A stretch of 64,000 bases of DNA from the human T2T-CHM13v2.0 reference genome, Homo sapiens: assembly GCF_009914755.1 (NCBI RefSeq), contig NC_060930.1; one strand, given 5' to 3'. A program made the position numbers and the translations under genes. Under the pieces are notes generated by a model. The model was not told the DNA's origin. It saw only the letters and a list, made by a program, of their open reading frames with translations, and made no database searches. Positions 39,336 through 58,395 of this stretch are shown piece after piece; positions within the stretch are counted from its first letter, which is position 1; every line of letters starts with the position of its first letter.

Positions 39336-39655
39336 TGTGTGTGTGTGTGTGTATGTGTATGTGTGTGTTTGCATGTGTGAAACGGGGTCTCACTCTGTGG
39401 CCCAGGCTGGGATGCAGTGGTGCGATGACGGTTCAATGCAGCCTCGACATCCTGGGCTCAAGTGATCCTCCCACCTTACCCTCCTGAGTAGCTGGGACTG
39501 CAGGCGTGCGCAGTCTGGGACCCCACCCCACTACTTTTTGTATATTTTGTAGACATGGAATTTCACCATGTTCCCAAGGCTGGTCTTGAACTCTTGAGCT
39601 CAAGTAATCTGCCTTCCTCAGTTTCCCAAAGTTCTGGGATTACAGGCACAAGCCA
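39336..39655 (-). mobile_element. Alu (AluJ-like) with (TG)n-converted tail
   Basis: antisense dimer preceded by TG repeat. Confidence 0.88.
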
Positions 39656-40364
39656 AAATGACTTTTTAATGTATAAGTAATATTAAGGTCAAGAACCACT
39701 TTAAATTAGTTTTGGAATGAAGCAGGTTATAAATATAAAAACATTAATAAAGAAAAAAATGCCCAATTCTACCACCAGGGCACAACTCTTCATTTTTCAC
39801 TGTCCCCTGAAAATTTTGTTACAAGTTACTCATTTTAATTGTTGTAATCTTGTTTAACATATATGCATAATAGTTATATAACTACATAATGGTTTTTTTG
39901 ACATTTTTTATTACATGAGACATGTTTATTAACATGAGACAATTATTTATTAAGCTTTTTCCTATTATTAGGTTGTTTCCCACTTTATCCTATTTATGCT
40001 CCAGTAGGAACATCCTAATACCAGTTAGTGTTCATCAAGTACTTATTTAGCCTTCCTATTAAGTTTATGACATCTTTAAACCTTAATTTTCTTATCTATG
40101 AAAATGGAATAATAATCTTTAATGGTTTTATAATGAAATACACATAGAGGGCTTAACTCAGTGCCTGGCACATGGTGAGAACTCTGCAAAGATATTTTCA
40201 ACATCATTATCATAATCACTAACACTTAGTCTTCAGCTCTCCATTTTGAATGTCACTTTCTTTGGGAAGTCCTCTAAGTTTCATGAGCCTGGATTAGGTG
40301 CACCTATATGTATGCATAGCACTACCAAAATGGTCTTTTTATTATTTTATCATAATTGTATATT

Positions 40365-40735
40365 TTTATCATTTCATTCAGGCTGCTATAACAAAGTGCC
40401 ATAGATTGGGTAGCTTATAAATAACAGGTTTATTTTCCAGTTCTTGAGGCAGAGAAGTCCAAGATCAAGGCTCCAGCAGACTTGGTGTCTGGTGAGGGCA
40501 CAGTTTCTTGTTCACAGGTGGTGCCTTTTAGCTGTGTCTTTACTAAGTGGAAGGGGCAAGATAGCTCTCTGGGGCCTCTTTTACGAAAGCACTAATTCCT
40601 TCATGAGGGCCCCACCATCATGACCTAGTCAGTTCCCAAAGGCACCTAATTGCTAATGCTATCACAGTGGGGAAATTAGGTTTTTAACTGTGAATTTTGG
40701 GAGGTCGGGGGACACAAACTCTGACCATAGCATTC
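40365..40735. mobile_element. MaLR LTR (MLT1A/MST-like)
   Basis: ggctgctataacaaagtgccatagattgggtagctt...agaagtccaagatcaagg...ggtgtctggtgaggg. Confidence 0.8.
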
Positions 40736-40935
40736 TTCTTGTCTGTTTCCCCTGCTGGATGGCACACTCTTGAAGGCCGGGACTTTCTCCTTTATATCAT
40801 TGTATTTCCAGGATCTTCATCACGATGGTGCGTAGTAGTAGATGCTCATTCAAGGTTTATTGAATGAGTGAATGTTTTACTTAATTAAAACTTTGCATTG
40901 CATAGATTTATAACAATAAAGTTTTTCTTCTTTAG

Positions 40936-41061
<126 letters not shown>

Positions 41062-42230
41062 TGAGTATTTTCCTGAATATATAAATATGTTGCTTTAAAA
41101 CTCTGTGCCATTTGCTCTTCTAATTAATTCATAGTTTTTTTTTTTTTTTAATTGGGCTGATCACATATACAGCAATGTTTTTCCTTCTGGGAAAAAAATA
41201 TCCCTATAATTGCCATCATCATGAAGGCTAAGAATTTGGTAACATCTCTTGATAACGGTGTCACTTGATATTTTTGAGAGTACATAGTATAGTTTTTAAG
41301 AGCATGGATCCTTGAGCCAGATGTCTCCTGGCCTTGCACAAGTTGTTTACGCTTTCTGTGCCTCATTCTCTTCACTCTTAAAATGGGGATAATAATAATG
41401 CCTATTTTATAGAATTAAAATTGCTAGGGTAAATGAATTAATATATTTAAAGTACTTGGCAAAGTGCCTTTTACTCTGTAGATGGTATATGTAGGTTTAA
41501 TTATTATCGTTACTGGTGGTCATAGTGATAACATATTTCATATGACTTTACTGCTTTGCTTTGATCAGTTTTAGTCATTTTTTCTCCCTTTTCAGGTTAA
41601 CACTTGCATAGTCTTTATCTAGTGGTTTAGTAGTCACTACCTAAGCCTACTGTTAAGAGCATAAGAGTTAGAACCTAGTAGAATAAAGATTTTACTGCTA
41701 AGTGAGGAGGGTTGACAGTTTCATAATCATAGCACTTAGTACATTATTTGAAGTTAAACATAACTAAAACAGTGGTTTTAATTTTTGCCAAAATGTAGCA
41801 CTAGCAATTGTAACCTTTAAACTTAATAATTAGTGTAATCAGTTTTGCATTCACAATTGCATGGAATGAGAAATAAGATGTGGTGAATACTATAATTTTC
41901 ATGAAAAGCAGGTTCAATCCAGGATTTTTTTTTTTTTTAAATTATGGAGGGGCCAGAAAGTACTGTTAATAGCACACAACAGAGTGCCTTTAAAGGGGCA
42001 ATTGTATATTTTCTTTTTGCTTTTGGCCAATCAGAATGAACCGTTTTCTGGCTGTGGCTTTACAAGTTCTCTAATGAGGTGTTAATGGGTATTAAGAAAT
42101 ATATGCTATATAGACTAATATTGTAAGGGAGGTTTCTCTATTTAGATTTCACTCTGTTCTAAGCTTTAAATGTTCCGTTCGAATGGTTTTACATTTTGTT
42201 ATTTAATCTTATTGTTTTGTTTACACGCAG

Positions 42231-42325
42231 AGATTTTGCACAAAAACTGGCCAGTGCTCTAGCACATAATCCCAACTCAGGACTCCACACAATTAACCTT
42301 GCTGGCAACCCACTGGAGGATAGAG
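42231..42325 (+). CDS. CARMIL1: CARMIL1 coding exon (probably exon 11), [31 protein letters not shown](G), LRR
   Basis: tttacacgcag acceptor, GAG|gtactg donor, 95 nt; LxxIxLxxNxL motif. Confidence 0.96.
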
Positions 42326-42564
42326 GTACTGCAGAGTTCTCATTATCATTGATGCCAGAATTGTAAGAGGATTAGAGAATTTTAATTTAGCCATGCCTGA
42401 AGAGCTGTATCAAGCTAAGTTGTAATTATAAGTGCTGTTAATGGTCCTGTTGGCTTCCAGTTCTTTCCACCCTTTCATATAAATGCTTATGTTACAATTG
42501 TATGATCTGCTTCACCTTTTTTGAAGTGAAACAAAAGGAAAGGAAGATATTATTTTTAATATGT

Positions 42565-43610
42565 TTTATTAGTTACATAGTCCTGCATAACAAATTACCA
42601 CATACTTGGCAGCTTAAAATGATACAAATTTATTATCTCATACTGTCCTTGGCTCAGGAGTCTGGGTACGGGTTAGCTGGGTTCTGTGCTCTGGGTCTGT
42701 CTCTCAAGACAAGGCAAGTTGTCAGCAAGGGTTGTGCTCTCATCTGTAACCTGGAGTCCTCCTTAAGTTCACTGGTTATTGGTGGAATTAATTTCCTTGG
42801 AGCTATAAGCTCGATGTCCCCAGTTTCTTACTAGCTGTCAGTGGGCACCACTCCCACCTCCTAGAGGCTGTGCTCCTAGAATGGTTCTTGCCATGTGACC
42901 CCCCTATCTCACAACACAGAAGTTTGCTTTGTGTGTGAGGCCAGCTGGAGTACATCTCTCTGATGCTTTAGTTTCTTTTAAACAGTTCACCTGACTGCAT
43001 CAGGCCCACCCGTGACAATTTCCCTGTTTTTCATGAACTCAAAGTCAAGTGATTAGTAACCTAATCATGGTAGGGATGTCTCATTACTGTTGACCCTTGA
43101 ACGACACAAGAGTTAGGGGCACTGACCCCAAGCAACCAAAAATTCACATGTAACTTTTGACTCCCTCAAAACTTAACTACTAATAGCAGGGTTGACTGGA
43201 AGCCTTGCCAATAAAAAGTTGACTAACATGTATTTTGTATGTTATATGTATTATATATTGTATTCTTTAAGCTAAATAAAATTTTATTAAGAAAATCATA
43301 AGAATAAGAAAATATATTTCCTGTTCATTAAGTGGAAGTAGATCATCATAAAGGTCTTTATCTTGGTCATCTTCACATTGACTAGGCTGAGGAGAAGGAG
43401 GAAGAAAAGAAGGCCTTAATCTTGCTGTGTCAGCAGTGGCAGAGGTGGAGAAAAATCCACACGGAAGTGGACCAGTGCAGTTCAAACCCATGTTGTTCAA
43501 GAGTCAACAGTATATTTACTGCTCCCCACCCCCATATTCAAGGAAATTGCACAGGGCGTATACACCCGGGGGTGAGAATCTTGGGGACTATCTTAGAATT
43601 CTATTTACCA
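42565..43610. mobile_element. MaLR LTR (MLT1-like) split by a Tigger2a insertion
   Basis: gcataacaaattaccacatacttggcagcttaaa...; resumes after 43512. Confidence 0.65.
43087..43510. mobile_element. Tigger2a-like non-autonomous DNA transposon
   Basis: TIRs ctgttgacccttgaac / gttcaagagtcaacag with TA on both sides (43085-86, 43511-12); 424 bp. Confidence 0.82.
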
Positions 43611-43819
43611 CTATTATCTTTTAATATTTAACAAGATTTGAGTGTGAGAATAGGGAAAGGATGAAGGACTGTAGTTCACGAAGAGTCAGAACATTTTATT
43701 AAAAGTGTTTGCATGGGTAGAGAGAGGAGTCAGTAGGTTTAGAAAGGGAAACTTGAGAATTTGAATTCTTAGTAGAACACTGATGGACAAGGTTTAAGAA
43801 GGAATTGGTTTATCTCTAG

Positions 43820-44261
<442 letters not shown>

Positions 44262-44739
44262 TCAGTTTTTCTTTTTGTCCTTAATATGGTTATTGTTCTG
44301 TGCTGACAAAGATACCTAGGTTGTATTCAAGCAAAAATCTCCAGCGTAACTTGTCATCATCTAAAGTAGTGAATCTACAGGAAGGTTGAGACTGAATTAG
44401 AAAACTAGATCACGCAAAAAGTACCCTCATAGAATAAGCCAAAGCTGAAATTAATGGACGCATAGTAATGGAATAGGAGTTTCTCTAGGGTATACTCAAT
44501 TCTTAGGAAAAACAAATGTTTCTCTATTAGATACTACAGAGAGGTGAATGTGACAAAGTAGAAATCATGGTGATCACTGTTTATAGGAGGGCTATTTTTG
44601 GTTTTGTTTTTAAAATGGGAAGGATTCAGTCATATTTATCGACAGACAAGAAAAAATCTCTAGAGGGAGGTAGTTGTTTGAGGAAGGTTCTTAAGCAAAT
44701 GAAATCCAGAGTTAAGATGGACCAGGAAGGGGACACTTC

Positions 44740-45530
<791 letters not shown>

Positions 45531-46611
45531 TGGGGAGATGGAAGAGGAAGAATGAATTTGAGGCCCTTTGTTTTCTCTCCCGTTGTCCGCTTCATGTTCT
45601 CTGAGGTGCAGCCACATTAGACAACTTGTCACCACAGGTGCAGTTTCTTCTGTCTTGCCCTCACTTTGGAGCTCCTGTGCAAACTTCCATAATAGCACTT
45701 ACTTCATTCTGCCCACATGAGAACTAGAGGTGGACATTTCTTCCCTCATGCTTCAGCACCTTGCTTCCTCTCATCCCCACCTTCTGGGTTTTCTGTCTCC
45801 CCTTCCTTCTTTCCTAAGATGCAAAGTGTCTAGTGTAAGACTTCGTCCACAATCAACAAATATTTTCTTTAAATCGAATTTGATTGATTTGATTTTATTC
45901 AATCTTAATGCTCTTGTATAGTTTTTTTATTTGCACTTGAAAATTACGGTGAAGTTTGAGAGATTTGTTTTGGATAGAGTCAGACCATGTGTTCAAAGAT
46001 GATGTTTGCCTACTTTTTCCCTCTGCTTTCCTACTCCTGAGACCTGACTTTGTGTCCTTTTATCTAGCTGCGTCCCATTCACCAGTGCTGTCATCATGAA
46101 TCATTCCAAGGATAGCCTTGAATGCTCCTGCCAAGTCTGTTGTGTGGTTTCTGCTCACATACCCTCAAATTTTGACATCCTGGAAATATTTTCGCAGACC
46201 AAGACTTTTCTCATTTCTGCCCCTTCTAAATTCATTCATTGCTGTATTTGCCAGTGCTCACAGGCAACTGCCAACATTCATATCTCCCACCTTTCTTTAC
46301 TCTTGGGGATGAGCCTCCTGAACACAAATTCTTTATTCTTTTCATTCAGGCTAAATACCTGAAGATGATTGGTAGCTTTTCTGCTCATGGATGGAAATTC
46401 CACAAGAAATCTAATTGAGTGTAAAATATTTATTGAAATTTCAATCTAGAGAAAACTTTTAGTAATTTTTGTTCCCAAGCTTTTCAGTGATGGTATTTTG
46501 TGTTTAAAACTAATAAAAAGGGTGAATGAGAGGTCTATAATTAAGTTATACAGGATATAAAAAACACTAAGCCAGGACTATTATTTGTAAGGAAGCTCAA
46601 AGAAATACAAG

Positions 46612-46933
46612 GGCCTGGGCGCGGTGGCTCACGACTGTAATCCCAGCACTTTGGGAGGCTGAGGCTAGCGGATCATGAGGTCAGGAGATTGAGACCATCC
46701 TGGTCAATGTGGTGAAACCCCATCTCTACTAAAAATACAAACATTAGCTGGGTGTGGTGGTGTGTGCCTGTAATCCCAGCTACTCGAGAGGCTGAGGCAG
46801 GAGAATCGCTTGAATCAGGGAGTCAGAGGTTGCAGTGAGCCGAGATTGTGTCACTGCACTCCAGCCTGGCGACTGAGAGAAATTCCGTCTCAAAAAAAAA
46901 AAAAAACAAAAAACAAACAACAACAAAAAAAAA
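46612..46933 (+). mobile_element. Alu (AluS-like)
   Basis: full dimer with A/C-rich tail; acaaggg on both flanks. Confidence 0.92.
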
Positions 46934-47655
46934 ACAAGGGAGATAAGGTCTTAACAGTTAAGTGGCCAGGAATTCTGAGGAATTTAAACAGCAAATGGAA
47001 TGTGGTTTTGTACCTAAACCTTCCACTCAGGGACTTATTTGGAAACTCTCAAAGAGTTGTATGATATGAATGTTGATGCAGCAAATCTCTGTTATTTTCA
47101 CATCTATGTACAGAGGACCAGGCCTGCAGTCTTCTGATTGCTGAGGGGGTTGTGGTAAAGGAGGTTCGAGTATGACTTAGTAAGCAGAGGTATAATGTGT
47201 ATGAGTAATCCTTCAAATGCTAGATACCCTCCTGCTCTCTTTCTGCAAGAGCAACACAAGATGGTGAACAGACCACACACATACACAAGCTATTCTTATC
47301 CTTGTTGCCAGGCCATGCCTGTTCACCAGCTTGCTCTTGGTCTTCATCTAACACAGTGTTTTTTTGGACTGTGGGTGAAGACCCATTAGCTGGCTGTGAA
47401 ATCAATTTAATAGTTCATGACAAGCAATTTTTTTTTTTAAAGCAGTGGAATAGAACAGAAAATGTCAGAGTACATTGTTCAGGGGAAACTTTAGTTTTAG
47501 TTTTCTAATACTAATATATGTGTGTACATTTATGCTTTACTTCTCTAAGCATTGCAAATTCTGCGTTCTGTTTTTCCTAGTTATCTGTCCCAATTACCTT
47601 AGTTTTTATGATTTCAGCCTTTTCAGAAATGTCTGTCCTCACTTCTTCTCATCAC

Positions 47656-47875
47656 TTTTTTTTTTTTTTTTTTTTTTGAGACAAGGTCTCACTCTGTTGC
47701 CCAGGCTGGAGTATGGTGGTGTAATAATGGCTCACTGCAACCTCCATTTCCTGGGCTCAAGCCATCCTCCCCACTCAGTCTCCCAAGTAGCTGGGATTGC
47801 AGGTGTGCACTACCACACCTGGCTAATTTTTAAATTTTTTTTTGTAGTGATGTGGTCTCACTCTGTTGCCCAGGC
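47656..47875 (-). mobile_element. Partial Alu (AluJ-like)
   Basis: polyT, right arm and part of left arm. Confidence 0.88.
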
Positions 47876-48318
47876 TTCTCCACTCACTCTATTCAAAATT
47901 CGATTATTTCATTTAGACACCATTTAGAATCCTAGCTCTAGTGTTTTTTGTTGACCTGAAGTACGCTCATATTTTTTCCCAGCTATTTGGTGGTGGCTCT
48001 GATTTGATCTTCTAAATAAGACAAGAGACTTATAGATTCTAGGATTGCTGCTTACTTTTCTTGGTGTTTTAGGTCTTTCATGTCTCAGTGTATATCAGTG
48101 AGTCCCAGAGTCGAAATACATGGGTTTAATTCCTGGCTTCACAGCTTTCTAGCTAAGTGTTCTTGGACAAGTTACCTACCTTCTCTATACCTCAGCTTCC
48201 TTATATTAAAAATACAATGATAGTACCTACCAAATAAGAATGTTCTAAGGATTAAATGAAATAATTGATATTTTTATGGTTAAACAGGTAAAGCAATATT
48301 TTAAAAATGGCATAGATT

Positions 48319-48679
<361 letters not shown>

Positions 48680-49109
48680 CTATATTCTTATACTCTTGGT
48701 TCTAAGTCTTTTCCTCTCAGCCTTATTTTTGAAATGGAAATACTTCATTGTATTTTGCTTTTTCACTTACTTTCCTTAGTGTTTCTGAACTCTCCAGGAA
48801 AGTTATAGAATTGGTAGAAATGTAAAAATTTTTACTCACCTGTGCTCTGACATCCACAATGTTCCAATGTGTATGCTTTCTAACAGAGAAGAGGCCTTTT
48901 GTTTCTCCCAGAAACCACTACCAAGATCAAGAGACAGAATGTTCCCACCGTTCTCCAGACTTACCTTGTGGTTTGCCCCAGTGATTACCAGCCCTGTCCT
49001 CTACCACTTGGAAAAGATAACTACTATTCTGACTTCTCTCATGATGGATGAGCTTTGCCTGTTCTTTGCCTATGTACTCCTTTGTGTGTGGCTTCTTTTG
49101 CTTCTCTTT

Positions 49110-50900
<1,791 letters not shown>

Positions 50901-52042
50901 TAGTCACTTATTTTTTTTTTTTACAAGAGTGTATCAGCTAAATATCAAGGCTGCCCTCTTTTTGTAATTTACAAAATGGATTAGCATACTCAAGTCTCTA
51001 GAAATACTCCGATAAAAACCTGTTTAACATGATTTAATCCAGTGATTTTCAAACTTCTTTGACTGTGGAAACACAGTGGGGAAATAGAGGCTCCCAGAAC
51101 ACCCACTGTTCTAGGGGAAAAGCCCATGTAGAGGCTTAGTCTAGCTGCATGACCTCCATGTTGTTTCTTAGAAGTTGTGATAAGATTTGTAGATAATTTG
51201 GGGTTATATAAGGGCAGCAACCAGCACAGTAATTTCTTATTGCTGCCTGAAGCTTGATAATTAGTCTAAGGGAACAGGAATTAACATTGTTTAAGGAGCC
51301 TTCTCAAGAACATGCCCCTGGGGAAATGATGGCTCATCCATAGCAGGAGGTCAGTTGAAGGACCTGTATGAAGGGCATACGTTTGTGTATTACTTATTTC
51401 CTCCCAGAAAACAGTCTATGCTCATTGCAGTCCTTGGATGGGTGAGCTGGTGTTCCCAATCTCCCACTCTGGTTATTAAATTTAGAAGATATCTGATTTT
51501 AAATACCATAAATTCCTGGTGAGTTATCCAAAGTTACAAAATCTACTTTTAAGAAGTTAAAACATGCTCCAAAGCTCTGTATGAGGTTGTTAGCTATAAG
51601 CCAATTAAGTATAGGAATCCATCTGCCATTATCAGAATAGTTAATATTACTCCATTCTTCTTGGCAATAATTAAATATCATACATCCGCTCATCTAGAAG
51701 AGCGATCAACTCATTAAGACAGGTTAAAAAGAAAAGGGGTTAACAATTATCCTTTCCAAGAGGATTTGCATTTTAAATAGAACTGTGAGAAAAAGAGTGA
51801 CACGTGGCCCCAAGAAAAGTATCTCCAATGGAAAAGTTTCAGATATTGTATGCCTAATAAGACAATCTTCCCCTTCTCTTACCCTGTAGGTAGGACAGAA
51901 AGAAAAGGGGACTTGATGGTAAATGTTTAGAAAACAAAGTCTGATATTAGAAAGAAAAATATGATCACTTCAGTCAGAATCAAAATTAAGTTAATTTTCA
52001 TCCATTGTAAAAAATGCAATTCTGAGAACTTGAAAATTCTAA

Positions 52043-52216
<174 letters not shown>

Positions 52217-53548
52217 TAGAATTATTTGTTACATTTAAAAATACATTAAAAAAATGCATTTAAAATATATGTATTATATTACTCTGGCAGTTTGAAGATA
52301 AAGACTTTATGTAATTCAATTTTTGATGCTCTGCAGTGAAGTGCTGTCAGAGCAGAGAGTAATTTTGACATGTACATGCAGTCTTTAACTTTTAAAACTT
52401 TGAGTCAGGGAACACTTGCCTGTCTGCCTCTGCCCTCCTGCCTCACATTCCAAGATGCACCTGGTTGTGTTTCTCTTGGTTCAACAAGTTGGCCTTTCTA
52501 ACTGTCAGATAGACTGTCTGCTTTACAGAAAACTGTTGGGCTTAACTTGTGAATCACCACTGTAGCTCCACTCCTTGTAGTTCTGTCTTTAGAGATTTCC
52601 TTATCTTCTCTCCAGGTCAGTTCCTAACTTCACTCACCTTCATTTTTTCCATCAAATCCTGTCAATTCTATTATTATTTTGCCACAGCAGCACCTCAATA
52701 ATAATATTAGAAATTATCCTGCATTCTTTGTGCCTTTGTGTATCTTCACATTTTGCCCTGGATGCCTGAAAATTTTTTTTTAATCCCCAAATAGAGAGGT
52801 TCAGTTTGTTTTATAAAACTGTTTATCTGTGATAAACTCTGCTGAGATGTGTTCCCTCTTCCCAAGGCCATACAGAATCAATGAGTGTTCCCTTTGTATT
52901 ACTTCAAGATCACATATGTAACATTATTGCATAAATATTGTGTCTTTCCTGCTACACTGGGGCTCTCCTTGTGGCCTGTGCTTCTCTCTATTTATCTGCA
53001 GCACCTGGCACTGTGCCTGGACTACTGTTTAACAAAAGTTTCTTGAACATCTTGCCATTTCTTAAGAAAGCCACTGTCTTTTGGAAACAGTATGTATAGT
53101 GGTTGAAAGTGTCAGTTCTGTAGTCAGATTGCCGAAGGTTGAATTCTGACTTTTCTACTTATGTATGAACATGCATTTATAATGTCTTTGCTCCCAGATG
53201 CCTCATTTGTAAGACAGAAATAACACTATCTTATTTCTACACAGGTAGAGTTAAATGATTTAATATACATATAGTATGGTTTCTGTCACAAAGTGCTTAG
53301 TAAACTGCTACCATCACCCCCACCAGTACCGGCACCACCACCACCACCATCATCATAATTATCATCATCCTGAGCTGTCTTATGTTTTTATATGCCTCAG
53401 TTTCTACCTGGAGCAACCTTAGTGTCCTTACCTGGAATGTCTCATGAATTACCATGCATCCTATGCAGATTCAGCTTCTATCTCTGTCTCAAAAAAAAAA
53501 AAAAAAAAAAATGGAGGTAGATTAAAAAAAAAATCCGAGGTGGATTGA

Positions 53549-53867
<319 letters not shown>

Positions 53868-54717
53868 GCTTCTATCGCACTTTCTCTTTGAAATGTTCTC
53901 AGACAACCCCCTCTCACCACACCCTGTATGACTAGATGCTCCTTTCTCTGTGTTCCTTAGCCCTGTGTAAATTCCTCTATCTTAGCATGTGTCCATCACA
54001 TTTGATTGTGTCTTAGCCTGTACATTTCTGGACAATAAGGGCTTTGCCTCGTTCATTGCTGTGTCCTGGCACTTCTCAGTCTCTCACGGAATGTGCCTTG
54101 GATAAATGAGTGAAGCAAAGTCATCCCTTGATGATTTTATATCCATGCCATCATACACTATTCTGAACATGCAGTTAAATTAAGAATGGTTTGAAATTGA
54201 GATTAGTTCCGTAAGTCCCATGATTTTATGTGCACACATTTATACACACATATTTAAGATTAAGGCATGAAAATAAATTACCAAAGGGATTTCCCCAGGA
54301 GTCAGTGTTTTCAGACCTATTGCCTGAAGCCATCTACAGATCTTACAGCTAAGTTTAACTCCTTTACATTATCACTGTTCCACTTCAGCAAATCCATTTT
54401 ATATAAACCTTTTTCTGATAATTATCAATGTAGTACACATTTATGGTAAAGATTTAGAAGATGCTAAAAAGTATAAATAAGAAGGCAAACCCCCTCCAAA
54501 CTCCCTTGTTCCTTAGTCCTTTGTATTTCTTTTAGGGAAATCACTAAGTTTACATCCTTTGTTAGTTTTCTGTTTATAGTGTTAATCTATTTTTAAAAAA
54601 GTTTATATGACTTGTGTACATATTAAAAGCATTCATTATTGATTGTGTGCTCCATAGGTCTAGTTTAAGTCGTTTATAAGATAAAGGTGGTTTTTAAAAA
54701 CCTGATTATATGAATTA

Positions 54718-54870
54718 CATCTGTAATTCTAGCCACCCAGGAGGCTGAGGTGGGAGGATGCTTGAGCTCAGGAGTTTCAGGTTGCAGTGAGCTATGACAG
54801 GGCCACTGCACTCCAGCCTGGGTGACAGAGTGAGAACCTGTCTCTTAAAACGAAAACAAAAACAAAAAAA
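54718..54870 (+). mobile_element. Alu right-arm fragment
   Basis: ctgtaattctagc...ggaggctgaggtgggagga...ccactgcactccagcctgggtgacagag. Confidence 0.85.
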
Positions 54871-55211
54871 TGATTATATTAATAATTCTTGATTATATTT
54901 ATTTTAATTCATTTGTTCATTACTATATAACAAATAAAAGGATGTAGTCATCATTTATCCTTTCAAGGGCAAGTTTGGTTCTGAGGACCTTCAGTGCCAC
55001 CTCTCCCTGATGTTCCTGTCCCTTTTAGTGTGGTAACAGTGGGGAGGTCCTACGGGCAAAGCTGGGCTTCTCCACCTCCTTACGATGAGGACAGCCCCAC
55101 GTTGCCTGTACCCTTTACAAATAAGGGTCCTCCCATTTATCTTTTACCTGCAATAAAATATGTATATATTAAAATACATGTTTTGGGAATTAACATTGTT
55201 TTATAACATGA

Positions 55212-55544
<333 letters not shown>

Positions 55545-58291
55545 TGAATAATTTCAAATTGCCCTAAGACAAAAATATCTTGAAATGTTTGTTTATTTAT
55601 TTATTTTTTTAAATTGACTTCTTGAAGTATTTTACATAGGATCTGAAAGATTCGCAGTTTTAAAATGACTGGAGTTACATTGCAGTGTTAAGCTTCTGGT
55701 GAATTTGACTAGCATTTATATTCATGGCTCGATAACGCAAGACAGATTAAAAAAAAAAAAAACTCCCCATGACATCACCACTGCCTCCAAATACCCTTTC
55801 TTTATCTCATATGTTAGCTAACTGATAGTTTTCTGGATTTCTAGCAAATGTCCTGCTGGTTGCCAGATTATGTCAAGGCAGAACCATCTGGTACCACCTT
55901 TTTCCAGCTGTAAACACTGCAATAATAAGTAACAGAATGGTCAAAATCACTAGACAGCCAGAATCGAGAAAGGCATGTAAATGTGTTTAGTTAGGGCTGT
56001 AAGAGCCTTGATTTTTTTTCAATTCTATACTTTTATAATTCTCCACTCTTCGTGGGCTTATTAACACAGGCCTCATGTGAGCATGGGATTAGGGGGCAGC
56101 TGAGGAAATCCTTCATGCTGTTTCAGTAGCATGAAGCTGAGCTGATAACATGATGCTCTCTCGAGTCTATTCAGATGTTGGACAACTGCCAAGCGCCCGC
56201 ACTTGTCCAGGAGCATTTTGCTGTCAGGACTAATTTAGCCTTCTATTTTGGGAATTTATTTATTGAGTTTTGTTATACCTCACTAAGGAAATGATTTTAC
56301 AAATGATTTTCTTGATGAGAATCTGGTATTGGCCCTATGTTTTGGACTTAGTTATTCCATTAAAAAATACATTAATACTAATATCGGGACAAACTAAAGG
56401 AAGTTGGTCGTTTAAACAGTTATAGAAGATAACCTCCAGAAAATAACCTTTTTTTATAAGCCACCATACGTTTCTCTTATCTAACACAATTAATCAAATT
56501 TCCTCCTCCTCTACTGCCAAGCTTTTGTTCTTGCCCCATTGATAATTATTGCCTCACTGGGTAGTGATTATTCAGCTGTCTGTGTCTCCTGCTCCACTGG
56601 CCTTCAGTGAGTAAGATGGTATCTCAGAAGACCCTGCCTGGTACACAGTAGGATTTCCATAAAGGTTTATTGAAATGAATATTCCTTGTGTGGCACTGAC
56701 TTTTCATTGTAGAGTCTAATTAAGTTTTTCCCTAATGGTCTTTGCAATTTTTGAGGGTAAAAAAAAAATGATCTTATTTATATTTTAATTCCCAGCATTT
56801 TGTTAGCATTCAGTAAATGGTGAGTTGACAGCCAAGAAGTTTTTTGCACTTAAATATTTTTTATTCGAAGTCTCGGTCTCCTGTATACCCACCCAAATGT
56901 GCGCCCACTTTGAGAAATGGCTCAGTAGCCTTTATCAGACACACACTAGAATCAGTTTATTATAACTCTCTGAAGCTGGAGAAGACAATGGCCTCTTTAT
57001 CAGCCCCATACTGAACGTTCTAAGCTCACAGCAGGGAGGTGCTCCAGTGGAAGGCTGCACCTGCACCCCACAGCTCTTGTAGTACCTTCATCGGATCCTG
57101 CTGCTATGACCAGAACTGGCTCTTACTGGCAGACCTGACCTTGGCCCCTCTTCTCCATGAAGGGTCTGCCCAAATGTGGAGGGGAAAGAAAACCTTTTCC
57201 TGGTTCTTTAGAGTAGTTGACTTACTTGAGTCTCCATTTGATAGGTTGAGATTTTCAAAAAATTTTGCTGAAAAATAAGAAAAACAAAATAATTTATAAA
57301 AGGATACCCAATTAAGAAATAGCCATATTTCTAAAATATATAATTTGGAACCATGGACTTTTGGTAGAAACATGAAGAGCTTTGCTATCTCGCACATTCC
57401 CATTATGCTAAGTAAAATCATCAGTGCTGTGATGAGTGATTGAGTCTCAGTGAGTGATTAGACCCTTCTGGGCTCCCATTTTATAATGACACACCTCAAA
57501 GAGCTCCTTTTCCCTTCTGAAAAGAAATGGCCCCCTAGACAACCATGACTAGCAGGCCTGTCAATAACTGTTACCCACCTATAAGAGAACTTAGTTCTAT
57601 CCATACAGGATAAGCAGCCTCCTCACATATTCATTCTTTGTTTTCTGAGGTGAATTTGTCAGTTTAGTTCAGTTTATGTTAATTTGAGCCATTTATGTTA
57701 TGTATGTAAAGAGTGTATAGAGTGCTAATTATACATTTTTCCTTATGATTGCATCTTACATGGTATACAGATCATCTCCTCATTCTTTGTGAAATCCATT
57801 TTAATCCAAATGTTTCCTTGAATGTAATACATTTAAGAAGAGCTGTATACTTCTCTTTTTAACTTCCCAATACTTTAAATAGCCTAAATTATCTGAACTT
57901 GGACATGCATCATTTAAACACCAGGCACTAACTCAAGAATCACCTGGCAGGATTAAGAGAAGGATAAACATTGTCAACTAGATTGCTTTCATCATTCTAA
58001 GGCTTCAGATTAAAATCCTTTCTGTCCTTGGACACATCAGAAGACATGGATCAAAGGGAAGCCAATTCATTACTCCTTCTGATTCAGTGAGGGGGTTGTG
58101 TCTTTGACCAACCTGTTCTTCCTGAGGGTGTATCAAAAGGAGACACAATCATAGCGCCACCTTTCAGGGACAGTGCTCATGGTTAACCTCAGTCCTGCAA
58201 TTTGATGGAAGTGTTGGGCCATTTATAGAAACACAAACCTCATTTTGTTTCCTGGAGTGCAAACTGAGCCTGGATTTTCTTGATGTTGCAG

Positions 58292-58395
58292 GGGTGAACA
58301 GCCTTTCTCAGTCACTCAGTGCCAATCCATTGACCGCCTCTACCCTTGTCCACCTCGACCTCTCAGGGAACGTCCTTCGTGGAGATGACCTCTCA
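58292..58395 (+). CDS. CARMIL1: CARMIL1 coding exon (probably exon 13), [37 protein letters not shown]
   Basis: gttgcag acceptor, TCA|gtaagt donor, 104 nt; [12 protein letters not shown] core. Confidence 0.96.

Noticed and set aside
58150-58170. CTCF-like half motif (AGGTGGCGCTA on minus strand)
   Set aside because: The 5' half of the core does not match; too weak to call from sequence alone.
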